The notes under the pieces are model-generated. The model worked only from the letters and a program-made list of their open reading frames with translations. It was not told the origin of the DNA and did no database searches. A stretch of DNA of 63,304 nucleotides, counting the filler, from Craspedostauros australis (taxonomy: Eukaryota): assembly GCA_030167865.1 (NCBI GenBank). It is 8 parts of 8 records of this genome, joined end to end, with 100 filler letters (N's around TTAATTAATTAA, not from the genome) between each part and the next. Parts side by side here need not be neighbours in the genome. Positions count along the whole stretch, not along the records: positions 43,354 to 56,874 come from JALAGF010000917.1; 7 more parts are not named here. One strand, given 5' to 3'. Below, in pieces: positions 44,244 through 56,974 of the stretch. Every line of letters starts with the position of its first letter. Position 1 is the first letter of the stretch. The translations under genes and the position numbers were made by a program.

Positions 44244-45647
44244 CGGCTTGTGACGTGACGATGGCTTGAAGTCGATTGTGTGGCGTGACGATGCAGATAG
44301 AGAATGATGTGACATGGTTGAACTTTCGAAATGAGACAACCGGTACTCATGCTCTCCATTCGCATTGTGAATCACGGGCGACGATTGGCTATGGTTGACA
44401 ACTGGACACACGGGCACTATGACATACCGTCCACGTCATCACATGACTCAAAGATGAGACAGGACTGGCGACACCCTTGCTCACAGTTTTGTCCTTGATG
44501 GTGGACTATGGATCGTCCGTTATTATGATACGCGGTAATATACAACACATTTTACTTGACACCACATTCCGTTCGCGCCACATTTTGTTTTGAACGTTTC
44601 GTGTGAACACAATCATTCGTATCAGTCGACTTGGTCGAAGCGAAACTCGAAGAACCAATTGCCTTCGCCCTACTCCAATTCCCACCTTTTGTTTCTCCGA
44701 ATGCGAAGTTCCAAGCGCCAAAGGAAGAATCTCAAGTGATTGCTGCCGCCTCATCGATGGAAGTTGGGCTCACCGCTCCAAAGGAAGTGATGGAACGTGA
44801 TGGAAGTTGTGTCTGGATCTTCTCCATTGCGGGGTCATCACCAAGACGACAAGACCATCGGTTTCCGGCACCAGGCGGCAGCGATGATGGTTCCGAAGTG
44901 CTGGCAACGTCCTCTCCGTTGACACAAGCAAACCGAACCTGAGGGGAGAAGTTGCCCGCCTTTGGTCGTGATGTCTTTTGGAGCGTGGTCATTCGGTTTG
45001 GCGGATGTGAGAATCGATTGGTGATGTGGTGTTGCACTCGGAGACCCATTTGTGAGATCTTTGTGTTTCGATTGGCGCTGGACTAGCTATGCTGTAGTGC
45101 TTTGGGTTGCAGGTGTGCGTTAGGATGACACTAGGGTATGTGCAAGGCTGCATCACCATTTCATTGAGTATGTCTCTCCATGATAGAGAGAGATGGGTGG
45201 AGATGAGGAGTCTTGGGGCGTTGTGATCAATCAAACCCGTAGAGCTCTGACTATCTGTGATCGAATGCGTGCCATCAGTTGCGTCCACGATCACGACAGC
45301 CTGGAATGGATACATTTGTTATTTGATTCTAATGTAATATTTGCTATATCTTTACAGGATGCGATATTAGTCCGATGCAAATAGCCAAGATGAGCGCAGG
45401 GACCGTAGCTTCATCGGTGATGGTTGTTGCGTGCCTGCATCATGGTTGATAGGTTAACCATGTCAGATAAGGCAACAAAGCGCGTGCAAGATGCGCCCCA
45501 GGATGTTGCTGTTTGCTCGATCGCATCGACTTGTTGTGCAGAATGCACCAAGGTATTTGTTTTTGTTTCAAAACTGTCCCATTGATCTGGTCGTAGGAGT
45601 ACGCCTCCCGGTACGCATGGGAGCGGCATACGATTGCCGCTGACCAC

Positions 45648-48026
45648 TTAGGCGTGTTGTTCGGCGTTCACGTCATCGACATCGCCGCTCGCGGAGTCGC
45701 TCTCCTCCATCATGCTCATTCTCTTCGACTCTTCGTACATGAACACGCTGCGCTCCTTGGCTTGCTTCCACTCTTCGATTGGCTCGTCCTCACCATCGAG
45801 CAAGAGCAGCTCCCACTCCTCGAGGAAACGGGGAAGGACGAAGAGACGTCCTGGGATGCACAGCATCGTCATCATTGGGAAGATGAGTGCAGCGGCTCTC
45901 ACGTTCTGGACGGTGAAGACCAGCGAGAAGAACAGGATCTGAAGGATGGTGTACATGTGGATGCGGCTCTTCTCCATGTGCTCGGTGTAGATTGTCTTGG
46001 GGTACTTGGATGGCTGCTGGAAGAAGAGCATGATGCGGTTCCAGAATTGGATGCCACCGAGACTGGAGAGACCCATGAAGAGGAACACTCCGTACAGGAC
46101 TGGAAGTGGCAGCAACTTGAGCAAGTTGAGGACCAGGATAGAAAGTCCAAGCATCAAGTGGGAGAAGAAGAGAGTCAATCGGGTCTCCTGCACCTCGAGG
46201 AAGTTGCCGTCACGGTCCTTCTCGGCCAATGCGTTGAGATGGATGATACATGGAACAGTGGTGGCCACCAACCATGGGAGACCGAAGGCACCGTTGACGA
46301 AATTGAAGAATCCGTTGAGACACAGATCGTAGTTGTACGCTTCGCCGTGCTTCAGGTTGTGACTCTTGTGCTGGATCAAGTGCCATGTGATGCCGTTGTC
46401 GAGGTAGCAGAGAAGGAAGGCGAGGAGGGCCGGACCGGCAGCCACAAAGATCACATAGGGCTTTCCATTGAGATCACCGAAGTCGACCAACCAGGATCGT
46501 GTTCCGGCAGCCTCAGCCTGATCTTCGCAGTCATCTGGGAAGAAGGTGCGGCACGAAGAATCGCAGCATGCGAAGGTCGGCTCGAACTTGTCTGGGACAC
46601 TCAAGGACTCGGTGTCGACATGGTCAAAGATAAGTTCCTTGACCAGCGTCCATGCCAACACGGAAAGTGTGACGGAGAAATCATGGATAGATGTACGGAT
46701 GCCGTCGTTGCAGAAGAAGGCGGAGTGGCGGAATCCACGGAAGAAGAAGATCACGGAGGTGGTTCCAAGTCCGAGAATCACACTCAGAAGTCCCGAGGAG
46801 ATGTAGGCGTAGTTTGGATCTTCCTCCTCTAGTACCGTGTGGGAGGCATGATCTGGGTTCATGTAATGAAGAAGTCCAACGTCGCTGAATGGATCGCCGA
46901 TGGCGTCCATCACGAAGATACTGACGATGAGGAGGGCGAAGATCTCGTCAGTGAAGCGGGTGGCGAGCTTCACGAATCTGGTGAGATCGAAGAATCCAGC
47001 GATGAGGGTGTAGGCGAAGAGCCACACACTGATCCACGCGTTGAAGGTGAGGAAGGGAACATCGAGGTTCTTGGACAGGTCATAGGCTGCTGTGGAGAAC
47101 GCGAGGACTGGGCCGGTAGATCCAATCACGCAGAGCGGCATTCCACCGATGAGACTGTAGACGACACCGACCCAGGCGGTTGCCATGATGGTCTCGATGG
47201 CACCGATCTGGTTGTCGGTTGCCTTTCCGTAGACAGCTCCGAAGGTGAGGGTTGGGGAGATGACGGAGATGAAGACAAGGAAGGTGACAGCGACGGTCTT
47301 TTGGTTGAAGTTGGTCATTTCCTGTTGAGTTCATTGTGGTCGTTTATGATGCATCAAGGTTGGGGATTGGGTCCAATGAATTTCAGAGATTCATGGTTTT
47401 TGGATTAGATGGGATGTAAAGTTGTTGTATCCGTGTGGTGGCCGGGCATGAGTTGCGCAATCGGGTTGCGTTTGCGCAGTAGAGTTGGTGATGCAGCGAG
47501 GTCAAGAAGAAGTTAGTAGTTGCCAAACGATTGGAGAGGATTGATATATTGTTTGTCCGCGTTCTCGCGCAGAACCTGTTCCGATTGGTGCTTCCTTCTG
47601 GGGTGGCGACTTTTCGCGCAGGACCGCAAATCTCCGTTGGCATGGGTGGCGTTGGTTTCACTTTGCGCGCCTTGCTTATCACAACGCTTAGTGCCGGCTC
47701 TGGTTCAGAATGGCACAGAAGGAGTGGAATGAAATCGAATTGGGATCCAACAAGTTCCAGATAATGCGTCGCATCGCGTCACACGTGCGCCGTTCATCGC
47801 TGCCATCCAAGTGGCATTCAATCATTTGCGAATTCGTTTCACGTACCTCGACCCAGTGCGTGCCGACAGTCTGTCGGATATCATTCACGATACCGCGTCC
47901 CCATGACTGCGGTAGTTCCTTGCGGCCTTGGCTGACATTGGCCAACAGCTCGGCGTTGGATGGCATCGTCTTGAGGGTCCCGCGCGGGGTCGGGACGATG
48001 AGAGTCTGCCGATCCTTGTCTGTCAT
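45648..48026 (-). CDS. SLC4: SLC4-family HCO3- transporter paralog 2; exons 47847-48026 and 45648-47321 (617 aa)
   Basis: PTLTFG, GSTGPVL, TRFTDEIF, GLPWLVA, VQETRLT, PVLYGVFLFMG; phase-0 GTACGT..CAG intron gives HWVE-EMTNFNQK. Confidence 0.93.
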
Positions 48027-49405
48027 GATGCTATCTGCTGTGGTGTATTGAGGTGGTATTAGTGTGCTTGGTCAAGGGTTGAGTTGGAATGAATGGATGG
48101 ATGAAATTCGATGATGTGACTCGCGATTCGATGAACGGCGAGGGGCCGGCACGGATGCGGAAGAGGAAACGGATGAAGAAAGCTGCGGATGCTGCAGACA
48201 ATGAGATTGTCAATGTTTGTCCTCGTTTCTTTGTTTCTTTCCTTCGTTGTTGCTGTTGTTTGCGTTCACGGATCCTTCGTGCGAAAATCGAATTTTGTGA
48301 GGACGAGGAGAGGACGCCGGATTGACTTCCAACAGAAGACCGACACGACAATGTATGTCTGCGTCTTGTTTATCTTCTGTCCTTCCGGTTGTTGTTGGTA
48401 AGTGTGGTTGTGAAGTCGTGCAAATGATGCTTGTCAGTCGTATCTGTGGGAGCCGCTGCGGGCACTTCACCTCTGCGCGTCCAACAGCGTCAATACCCGC
48501 ACTGACTTTTGCCACCAACCACCATCGTGAGAAATCGATGAAGAAACGACCGCCTCCTGAAGTCTGATTTCCTTTCTCCACTTGGGAAGAAGCGGTCTGT
48601 TGGTGCCCGAACCATGACACTTCGAGCTTTTGTCATCCACGGACGTTCGTCTCCCATTCCGTTTGTGGGCGTGGCTTCATGTGACGTCACATGTGTACAG
48701 TTAGTACTGACATTTACGCAACTGCCTTGGCCCCGAAAGTGTGCGCGTGGTGCATCGCCTTCGCCCTCGCTGGTTGGCCAACAACTGTCTTCGGAAAATC
48801 CGCCGTCCGCAAGACCGCGCTGTTCTCTTTTCCCGTACAGTTGGCACAGAGCGGTGGATGATGGCAATCACGCGATTTCCAACTGCGAATCCAATTCTCA
48901 GACCTTTGATGAGCTTCAGGCACTTTGGTATCCCAGCGATTGTTAAATGCTCGTGTTCGTGACGTCATGGTATCCGCAGTATTCTCTGCATGTGATTTGC
49001 GAGTCTACGTCACAAACCTTTCCGGCGACTGGGCACAGAATCACAATCACGAAAATTCAAGCTACGTGCATCAACATAGAGGGTTGCTGATACCATCAAA
49101 TTCGTCACAATGGGACAGCGCCACACCGCACAACTATTGTCGCGAGTATGGTGACTATTGCTCTACTCCCGTGATTGCATGTAACATAACACTGTTTATA
49201 ATAGACACATGATGGAGTGCAGAGTATACGAATGCCTGGAGATTATGACACGAAAGAGAGGAAGAGGACAGGCTGCGATACACGAACATGTTGAGAATGG
49301 TGCTCGCGGGCATCGATGATTGGTGTCCACCGCATGCTTGAATGATACCATCCCCAGTTCTGATTCTCGGGGTTGATTTCGACGCTGTCGTTCTGCGTTG
49401 TCATT

Positions 49406-52108
49406 CTACGCTGTTTCCTCCTTTTCATCATCCTCAGGCAGCTCAGCATGATTGGTGACATCATCGTCAGCGCCATCGTTAGCGCCAACGTCATTCGCGT
49501 CGCTCGTGGACTTGTCACACTCCACGTCTCTTGCCATCCTCCGTTCCTCCTTGTCTGCTTTGTACTGCAGGTACCGCCCGACAATGTCGTCGTCAGTGTC
49601 GATGTAGATCAGCTCTTCTTCTGTGAAGATGCGGGATAGGACGTACATGCGGATGGGGATGCAGAGCTTGATGATGATCGGGAATGCGATGGCGATGGAC
49701 GAGATGGACCGGAACACCAGCAACACGAGGAAGCACGCGAGTTGGAGAAGCGTGTAGAGGTGCATCCGCTTCGTGTCCATGTACTCCGTGAATGGTTCCT
49801 TCTTGAACCGCTGTGGCTGCTGGAAGAGCATCAGGAATCGGCACCAAAACTGGTTGGTGCCCAAGCTTGCCAGGCCCATGTACAGGAATACTCCGTAGAG
49901 CACCGGGACGGGGATGAGCTTCAGCACGTCCAAGGCAAAAAGAGACGCCAGCACCAGGACGTGGATGAAGAGATTCGTCAATCGGGTTTCCTGGACACTC
50001 ATTATCTTGCCCGCTTCGTTTGTTTCAGCCAGGCCATTCAGGTGAGTCAGAGAACGCACGGTGGCAGCCACAAGCCACGGCAGGCCGATCAGTGAGTTGA
50101 CGCCGATCATGAGCCCCACCACGACAGTGTCCCAGTTGTATGCATCACCATGGCTGAGCTTGTGCGATGGATGGTTGAGGAGATGCCAGGTGATGCCGTT
50201 GTCCAGAAACACCAGAATGAAAGCCAGGAAAGCCGGGATGGCGGCAAAGATCGGGACCCAGGTGTGCCCATTGAGATCCGAAAGATCCACGAACCAATCG
50301 CGGGCTCCGTGCGGGTTCTCAACGTCGATGCAATCCTGCGGAAACGATGTCATGCAGGTGCTGTCGCAGCAGATCTGCGTGGGCTGGAAGGAGCTGGGAA
50401 CGTTGAGGCGTTCCACTTCCACGTTGTCGAACAGTTCGTTGGCGATGAGTGTCGACGTGAGGATGGCGGCAACCACGGCGAAGTCTGACACCACGGTCCT
50501 CCAAGCGTCGTTGGGGAAGAACGCTGAGAACTTGATGCCACGGAGGGTGAATGCCAGCCATGTCGTTCCAATGCACAGCACCATGCTGAAGAATGCAGTG
50601 GCGATGTAAGAATAGTCCTCCTGGTCTTCGTAGCTGTCGTGGCTCTTGTGGTCACGCGTGAAGTACCAGTAGATGCCGACATCCGAGAATGGAGAGCCCA
50701 GCGAGTCGATGATGAAGATGGAAGCGATGAGCATGGCAAAGATTTCGTCCGTGAATCGAGTGGCATGCTTCATGAGGCGGTTAAGGTCGACGAATGCAGC
50801 GACGAGCATGAAGAACGTTACCCAGAGTCCAGTCCAGGCGTTGAGCACCAAGAAGTTGACGCCGATGCTCTCGGCGATGTTGTACAGGACGGTCGAAAAG
50901 GCGAGCACAGGGCCCGTGCCACCGTTGATCATGATCGGTTGACCACCAACAAGCGCGTACATGATGCCGCACCAGGCTGTGGCAGTGAGCATCTCCACCG
51001 CGCCGATCTGGTCATTGGTCACCTTCGCGTAGACGGCACCGAATGTGATGGCCGGTGCAACAGCTGCGAAGAAGATGAAGAATGACACGGCGATGGTCTT
51101 TTGGTTGAAATCTGTTCACGCAGCAGATGCAAATGCACCAATTGCCACGAAAGCGTACGGATAGGCAGCAGCATGCAGGTAGAGCAGTGTGTTGGATTGT
51201 ATCATGTTATATGTAACATACGAGTTATGCAAAGTATAGAGTCGGGCAGTTGTGGGGGATGGAAGGTGAATGGAGGGACTTGATAGGTTAGTCACTGCAT
51301 GGTGTGCGGTATACGAGTATGGCGCGATGCGACATGAAAGGGCACAACGTCAACAGGGATACGACAACGGCCCGAAAATTGGCATGGCAGCAGCATTCGC
51401 ACGGTTCGCAGGTGCACGAGTACATGAAGCAAACCCAAACGAGAGCGGGCGCAGAGAGGAAAGCGGAGGATCTAAAACCGAACTCGTTTGAGAAAGTTCC
51501 TGACCTGCCGATGCAGTCACCACCCCAAGCGGAATCGGAGCATATGGGGACTCTGGGGCTTCCACGCCAGTGCGATGCCACCATGAAGCAAGAAAGGGTT
51601 CACAAGGCACGAGCAGGCAGCAGCACGTGCAGTCAACAGAACCCACCCGTTCGCACTTACTCGTCATCTCCGCAATCCACCATGTTCCAACAGTCTTGCG
51701 AATGTCCTTGATGATACCGCGGCCGCATCCGTTGCCAGTACCGCCGTTGTTGCTGCCGTCGTGGTTGTCGTGGGCATCATGGCCGCCGTGACCGTCGTCC
51801 ACCAGGAAATCGCGTGTGCACAGCGATGTGGCATCTGCGTCCTCCGCACATCGATTTCCCTTGGCGCCATCACCCTCGTCGATGCTGCTGATGTTGCTGT
51901 TACGGCCGTTGGCAGCATCGCCAGCAGCGTACCATCCATCGCCACCAACAGGGATTGTGGTGGATGCCTTGGACATCAAAATGTGTTTGATCTTGGCGAG
52001 ATCGTCCGCCTCGGCGACGTCCTCTGCGACAGCTTCCTCTTGTTCTGCATCCATCTCGTTCACCAATCGTCGTTCCTGGATGTCGGTATCGTCGTGCGTG
52101 CCGCTCAT
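49406..52108 (-). CDS. SLC4: SLC4-family HCO3- transporter paralog 3; exons 51661-52108 and 49406-51111
   Basis: PAITFG, GGTGPVL, TRFTDEIF, GLPWLVAATVRS, VQETRLT; phase-1 GTAAGT..CAG intron gives EMT-N-FNQK. Confidence 0.93.
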
Positions 52109-52691
52109 GTTGCTGATGTAGAATGATGGGTGTTGTTATGTGCAGCAATCACGCGGAAGGATATGTGTGACACGGAGAACAAAGCCGCTGAGGTGGAGGA
52201 TTGCCGATTCACAGCCTCGTTTCTCTTGTTGCGACGGTTGTCGGTTGTCGGTTGTTGGTTGGTGGTTGGTGGTTGTTGCTGCTGCCTGAGTTGGCGCTCT
52301 TGGGTTGTTCTTCGCCTCTATCGCGTGTTCGTTCTGCGCTTTTCCTGGTTCCGGCTGTTGGCGTCGATTGTGGTTTGTGGCTGTTCTTTGTTCGTGGTAC
52401 TCGGCTCCGCGTTCGCTTCAACCAAACACTGTTGGCGTTTGCGCACAACTTTTAGTCCAGCGTGTCGTCCAGGATCGTGAGGTCGGCATTTTTTATTGTG
52501 CCGTGTTTGTCCCGCAACGTGACATGCGGAAACGGGCTTCGCGAACGTCAAAACGTGGCGACATCTGGGTGCCGGATGGCCCCCATCATTTATGGCGACC
52601 AACTTCTGCACTTTCGCGGACTGCGGAAGTAGCCGGCCTTGCATCCGTCCGTGATGTTCTTTGTCCGAACTTGTGATCGGCGTCTCAGGCA

Positions 52692-52797
52692 TGACGTCAC
52701 AACGAGAGAAGACAAAAGCGTTCTTGACACGACGGATCTTGCGTCACGTGAGAGCCGGAGATGACGTCAAGACGTGGACAGAGCAGTAGTGACGTCA
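52692..52797. promoter_or_regulatory. Cluster of CRE/ATF-type bZIP palindromes (TGACGTCA x3 plus CACGTG) in the divergent SLC4/NmrA-like promoter
   Basis: TGACGTCA at 52692, 52762 and 52790; TCACGTGA at 52744. Function is inferred. Confidence 0.65.
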
Positions 52798-53308
52798 AGT
52801 AGATAGGTTGCCCCCAAACCAAATGGAGTACTGCCCCCTTTCGATGATTGGGCGAAAAAGTGTGTTACTTCAACAAGAGGACGTCAGCAACAACCACCAG
52901 CAAAAGGCCAACACATGACCAAACGCTGGCATCAACACAACACACCAACCCAGGAGCATTCGCCGTCTTTCGGTCACCAACCGCAGCACCAGTCTCAACG
53001 ACGGCAGCAGCGATCGCCTCCGATCCAAACACCTCCCTCTCTGCGTTGAATACCAAAGGAACAAAAGAACGAAGCAGAGAACAAACGAATAACGAAGCAG
53101 AGTACTCACATCTCGCGCTCGCGCTGACACTCCCGTTCGAACCCGTATCTGAACAGCAACACGCGAAGAGGAGAGTCATCCAAATTCAAAAACACTCGGA
53201 CAAGATCACTGCAACGTCCATCAAAGTCGTTGTGTCCACATAAAATCAGAAGAGATCCAAAAACAACAACCAGCCAACACAACAACAACAACAACAACAG
53301 AAATAACC

Positions 53309-54349
53309 ATGCCAATCTTGAAGAACCTCGCCGATGTCATTCCTGGACTTGGAAAGTTCACGTTCGACCCTTCCGTGGGAACCGTTCTGGTGACCAACGG
53401 CTCAGGATTGATCGGATATCGCGTGGCCGTGCGACTGTTGGAAGCTGGCCACAAGGACGTCCGCGTGGGCATCTGGAAGGGAGGACGTCAGGGCCTTGAG
53501 AGCGGCTACGTCGAAAAGATCATCGAGAAGCTCACAGCCTTGGGCGCCAGCTTCGTGGATTTCGACTGGTCCGATGACCGCGGATTCGCAGAGGCCGTGA
53601 AGGGAGTCAAGACAGTCTTCTGCAGCATTCCGCACATCCAGAACTGGTCCGACATGTTCCCAGCCTTCATCCGCTGCTGCAAGGACGCCAAGGTGGAGCA
53701 CTTCGTCAAGGTCTCCTTCCTCCGATCCAAGCACAACTTCAAGGGCGTGGCCGAGATCGCTCGCCAGTACCGCGAGAACGTCCCCTTCGTCGCCTTCCAC
53801 GGAACCTGCGACGATCTTCTCGAGCAGACCAAGAGCAACAGCCGCATGTCGCACACCATCCTTTGCTGCTCCCACTACATGGCAACGCCCCTGCTGATCC
53901 AAGGAGACCTGCTCCGCGAGAAGCAAAAGTTCGTCACGGCTTCCTACGGCATGGGCATCAACTACGTCAGCCCCAACGACGTCGCCGAGGCTGCCGTGGT
54001 CGTGCTTCTCAACATGAAGCCGCACCGCAACCAGATCTACAACATCACCGGCCCACGCCCCATCAAGGACTCGCAGGTGGTCAAGATCCTCAGCCAGTGC
54101 TACGGCAAGGAAATTGAGCACATCGAGCTCGGATTCCACGACTACAAGGAACACGTCGCGAAGCGCGGCCTCCCACAGTGGCAACTCCGTGATGCCGCCG
54201 CCTGGGAGAAGATGAAGGCATCCGGCATCGACGAGAGCCCCATGGGATACACCAAGGACTTTGAGAACATCACTGGGAAGAAGCCAGAAACCTTCGTTGA
54301 CTACCTCAACAACAAGGAGGGCATGCGCCCAGGCCTCGTCTTCCCTTAG
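53309..54349 (+). CDS. NmrA-like / atypical SDR NAD(P)-binding Rossmann-fold protein
   Basis: VLVTNGSGLIG, AVKGVKTVF, VEHFVKVS, YVSPNDVAEAA, YNITGP, ITGKKPETF. Confidence 0.88.
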   Translation: MPILKNLADVIPGLGKFTFDPSVGTVLVTNGSGLIGYRVAVRLLEAGHKDVRVGIWKGGRQGLESGYVEKIIEKLTALGASFVDFDWSDDRGFAEAVKGVKTVFCSIPHIQNWSDMFPAFIRCCKDAKVEHFVKVSFLRSKHNFKGVAEIARQYRENVPFVAFHGTCDDLLEQTKSNSRMSHTILCCSHYMATPLLIQGDLLREKQKFVTASYGMGINYVSPNDVAEAAVVVLLNMKPHRNQIYNITGPRPIKDSQVVKILSQCYGKEIEHIELGFHDYKEHVAKRGLPQWQLRDAAAWEKMKASGIDESPMGYTKDFENITGKKPETFVDYLNNKEGMRPGLVFP

Positions 54350-56434
54350 AAAAATTACGGCGTGCTCACAACGCGACGTGGCACAACACATTCAACAATG
54401 ACGACACGGATGAAGCCAAACAGCACGAGCAGCCGTGCGGCTGCCTGGAGGGACGCCTCCCGTCGCGCATGCCACGCACATTGCCTGATTCTAATTACGA
54501 GGAAAGATGAAGCGGATTTTGTGGAAGTAAGTAGGAGTACCTCGGGTATGTACGAGCTATGAGTGTAAAGAAGAAGAAACAGCAAAAATCAGAAGTCGGA
54601 ATTTACCAAATCGAAAACAAAGAACAAAACAAAAATCGAGCATGGTCGGATCACATGGATGAAGATGATCACAGCAACGACGATGACGACGACAGCCGCC
54701 CCAGCAACGCGCATCGTAGGTAAAGTTATGGAATCATTATTCCATGTCTGCCAAATGCGACAGCAGTGCGGATGCAATTCAGATGCGCAAATCAATCATG
54801 GACGTGAATGATGTTTGCGGCATTTGGCATTTTTACACGCATCCGAAGGCGACGGCGCAACACACCACCACACTAAATCGATACATGTAATGCATATCAT
54901 TCAAATCATACTTGTAGCATCATCTTTCGGTGCTCTCCCTTCGCGGCGCAATCTCAAACATGTGCTGCGATTTTGCCGTCCGATGCAAAAATACTCTTCA
55001 AACTGAATACGGAGTTGGCAGCTTGGGGTGGACGGCGAAGCAGCACAAGACAGCGAACAAAGCAACAAAACAGAGGACGACCTATTATACCATATTGCGC
55101 AGTACTCTACCAGAGTCCGCCGTCGATTCGGTCACGACAGACTGCTGCATGTGGCGCTGGCCTCTGGTTACTGGGCTCAACAGCTCGTATCACGCTCAGT
55201 GGCGTCGGCTTCATCAAGCACACCCCACCATGCTTCGACGCAGCGCCCCCCTATGGCAAATGCTGAATCAACAAGTTCCCGATTGGCACAGAAAACACCA
55301 TCGCAAGAAGAGAAAAACAGATACATGGGGCGCAATCGTTGGGCCTTGCGCGCTTTGGCTGTGCTCCTCCCATGACACGAACAGAGACTCGACTCCGCCA
55401 CCACATCGCGTTGGGTTTGTATATGCACGACTGAAAAGATACTGGGTGGTTGGAGAAATCCCTTCCACAACCATCCTTCGTCGCAGCAAACGAGATCTCC
55501 TGTCTTGGTTGTTCCTCTTGCCCATTTCCACTCGTCTTTGCCATTGCGTATTCTCTCTCCATCGCAGAGAGGCAAGAGAGAAGAGATCAACAAAAGATCA
55601 GCCAGATACAGCTACTGCTCGACTCTATTGTCGACACCCCTTCAAACCTTGGTACTGATGCGTAGGAGCATGGTAGACATTCCTGTGCGGAGTAGGTGCG
55701 TTGTCAAGACTGAAGAGGCCAAAGACGCTTCGCTGTCCACACTCCACTCGCAAAACGCCACGTTTCTCTCGCCATGTGATGATGAGCATGGAATGCCCAG
55801 GACTTCGCCCGCAGCGCCGGTCAAGAATTAAAACGTCTGCTGGAGACGGAAAAGCGGTGCCACTTGCATGGATGAATGGAAGATCTTTTCCATCGTTCCC
55901 GCTTCGTCAGCCTCGTTCGTTGGGATGGGATACTCGTACGAATGTGGAAGTCGACGCAAGTGCGAATGTTGATGTTGGTGGAGATCTCAGATCATGTCTT
56001 GATGCCGAAGTTCTGCAGGTGTTCGTTCTGTATCGTCCTGGCCAATCTGATCAGATCCTCGGCCGCGCACGTCATGACGAACGCCACGTCCTTTCATCAT
56101 CCTCGTCCGAGTGTAACAGGAACATCAGACGTTTCGTTGTGTGACAGATGGTGGAATGACGATAGGTTCGTATTCGAAGGTGACATCAGCCCAACTATTG
56201 GTGCTGTTGTGCTGACACATCGCCGCCAGAGCACATCAATCGCCTCTGCGTTCATCCAATGGAGACAACAGGACACGGACACAACCTTTTGATACTTCAC
56301 CTATCCGAGAAACCACCTCGCGTCGTCTGGCTGTGCGAACATTGGATTGGAGATGCAACATGACATCTTGAGTACCGGTTATCTCATTTCGGAAGTTCAA
56401 CCCTGTCACATCATTCTCTATCTGCATCGTCACA

Positions 56435-56874
56435 CCATCTGGCACTCAACACAACGGAACTACGTGGGGATGCCTGACGTCACGGCTTCAAACAAGACTT
56501 CGCAGAACACGATGACAACGACACACAACACACCACAACACAAAATCGTGGAAAACACGGAAACCTGGAAAATCCAACAACCAAATCAACACACCAAAAC
56601 ACACACAGACGAGTATACATACCATTCACGAGGAGAGTGTGGTGCGATTGTGAGTACTGCTTCGGACAACAACAACAACAATACCAACAATACCAACAAT
56701 ACCAGCAACGACAGCAGCAGCAGCAGCACTGGCGACCGCGAGATCAGAACCTCTCCCTCGTCCTTTCTTCCTCTCTGTCCTCATCTTCGTCCTTTTCCTC
56801 CACATCCTCTCCTCATAAAATCAGAAACGCAACAACGGTAACAACGGTAACAACGGTAACAACGGTAACAACGG
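56435..56874. repeat. Inverted copy of SLC4 paralog 1 upstream region, followed by (ACAACGGTA)n
   Basis: Reverse complement of 43855-44243; 9-mer repeat from ~56832 to contig end. Confidence 0.9.
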
Positions 56875-56974
56875 NNNNNNNNNNNNNNNNNNNNNNNNNN
56901 NNNNNNNNNNNNNNNNNNTTAATTAATTAANNNNNNNNNNNNNNNNNNNNNNNNNNNNNNNNNNNNNNNNNNNN

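Noticed and set aside
44506..45049. Short ORFs between SLC4 paralogs 1 and 2
   Set aside because: No motifs or clear codon bias; cannot support a gene call.
54930..56300. ORFs downstream of the NmrA-like gene
   Set aside because: No recognisable domains; overlapping frames of similar length suggest non-coding or decayed sequence.
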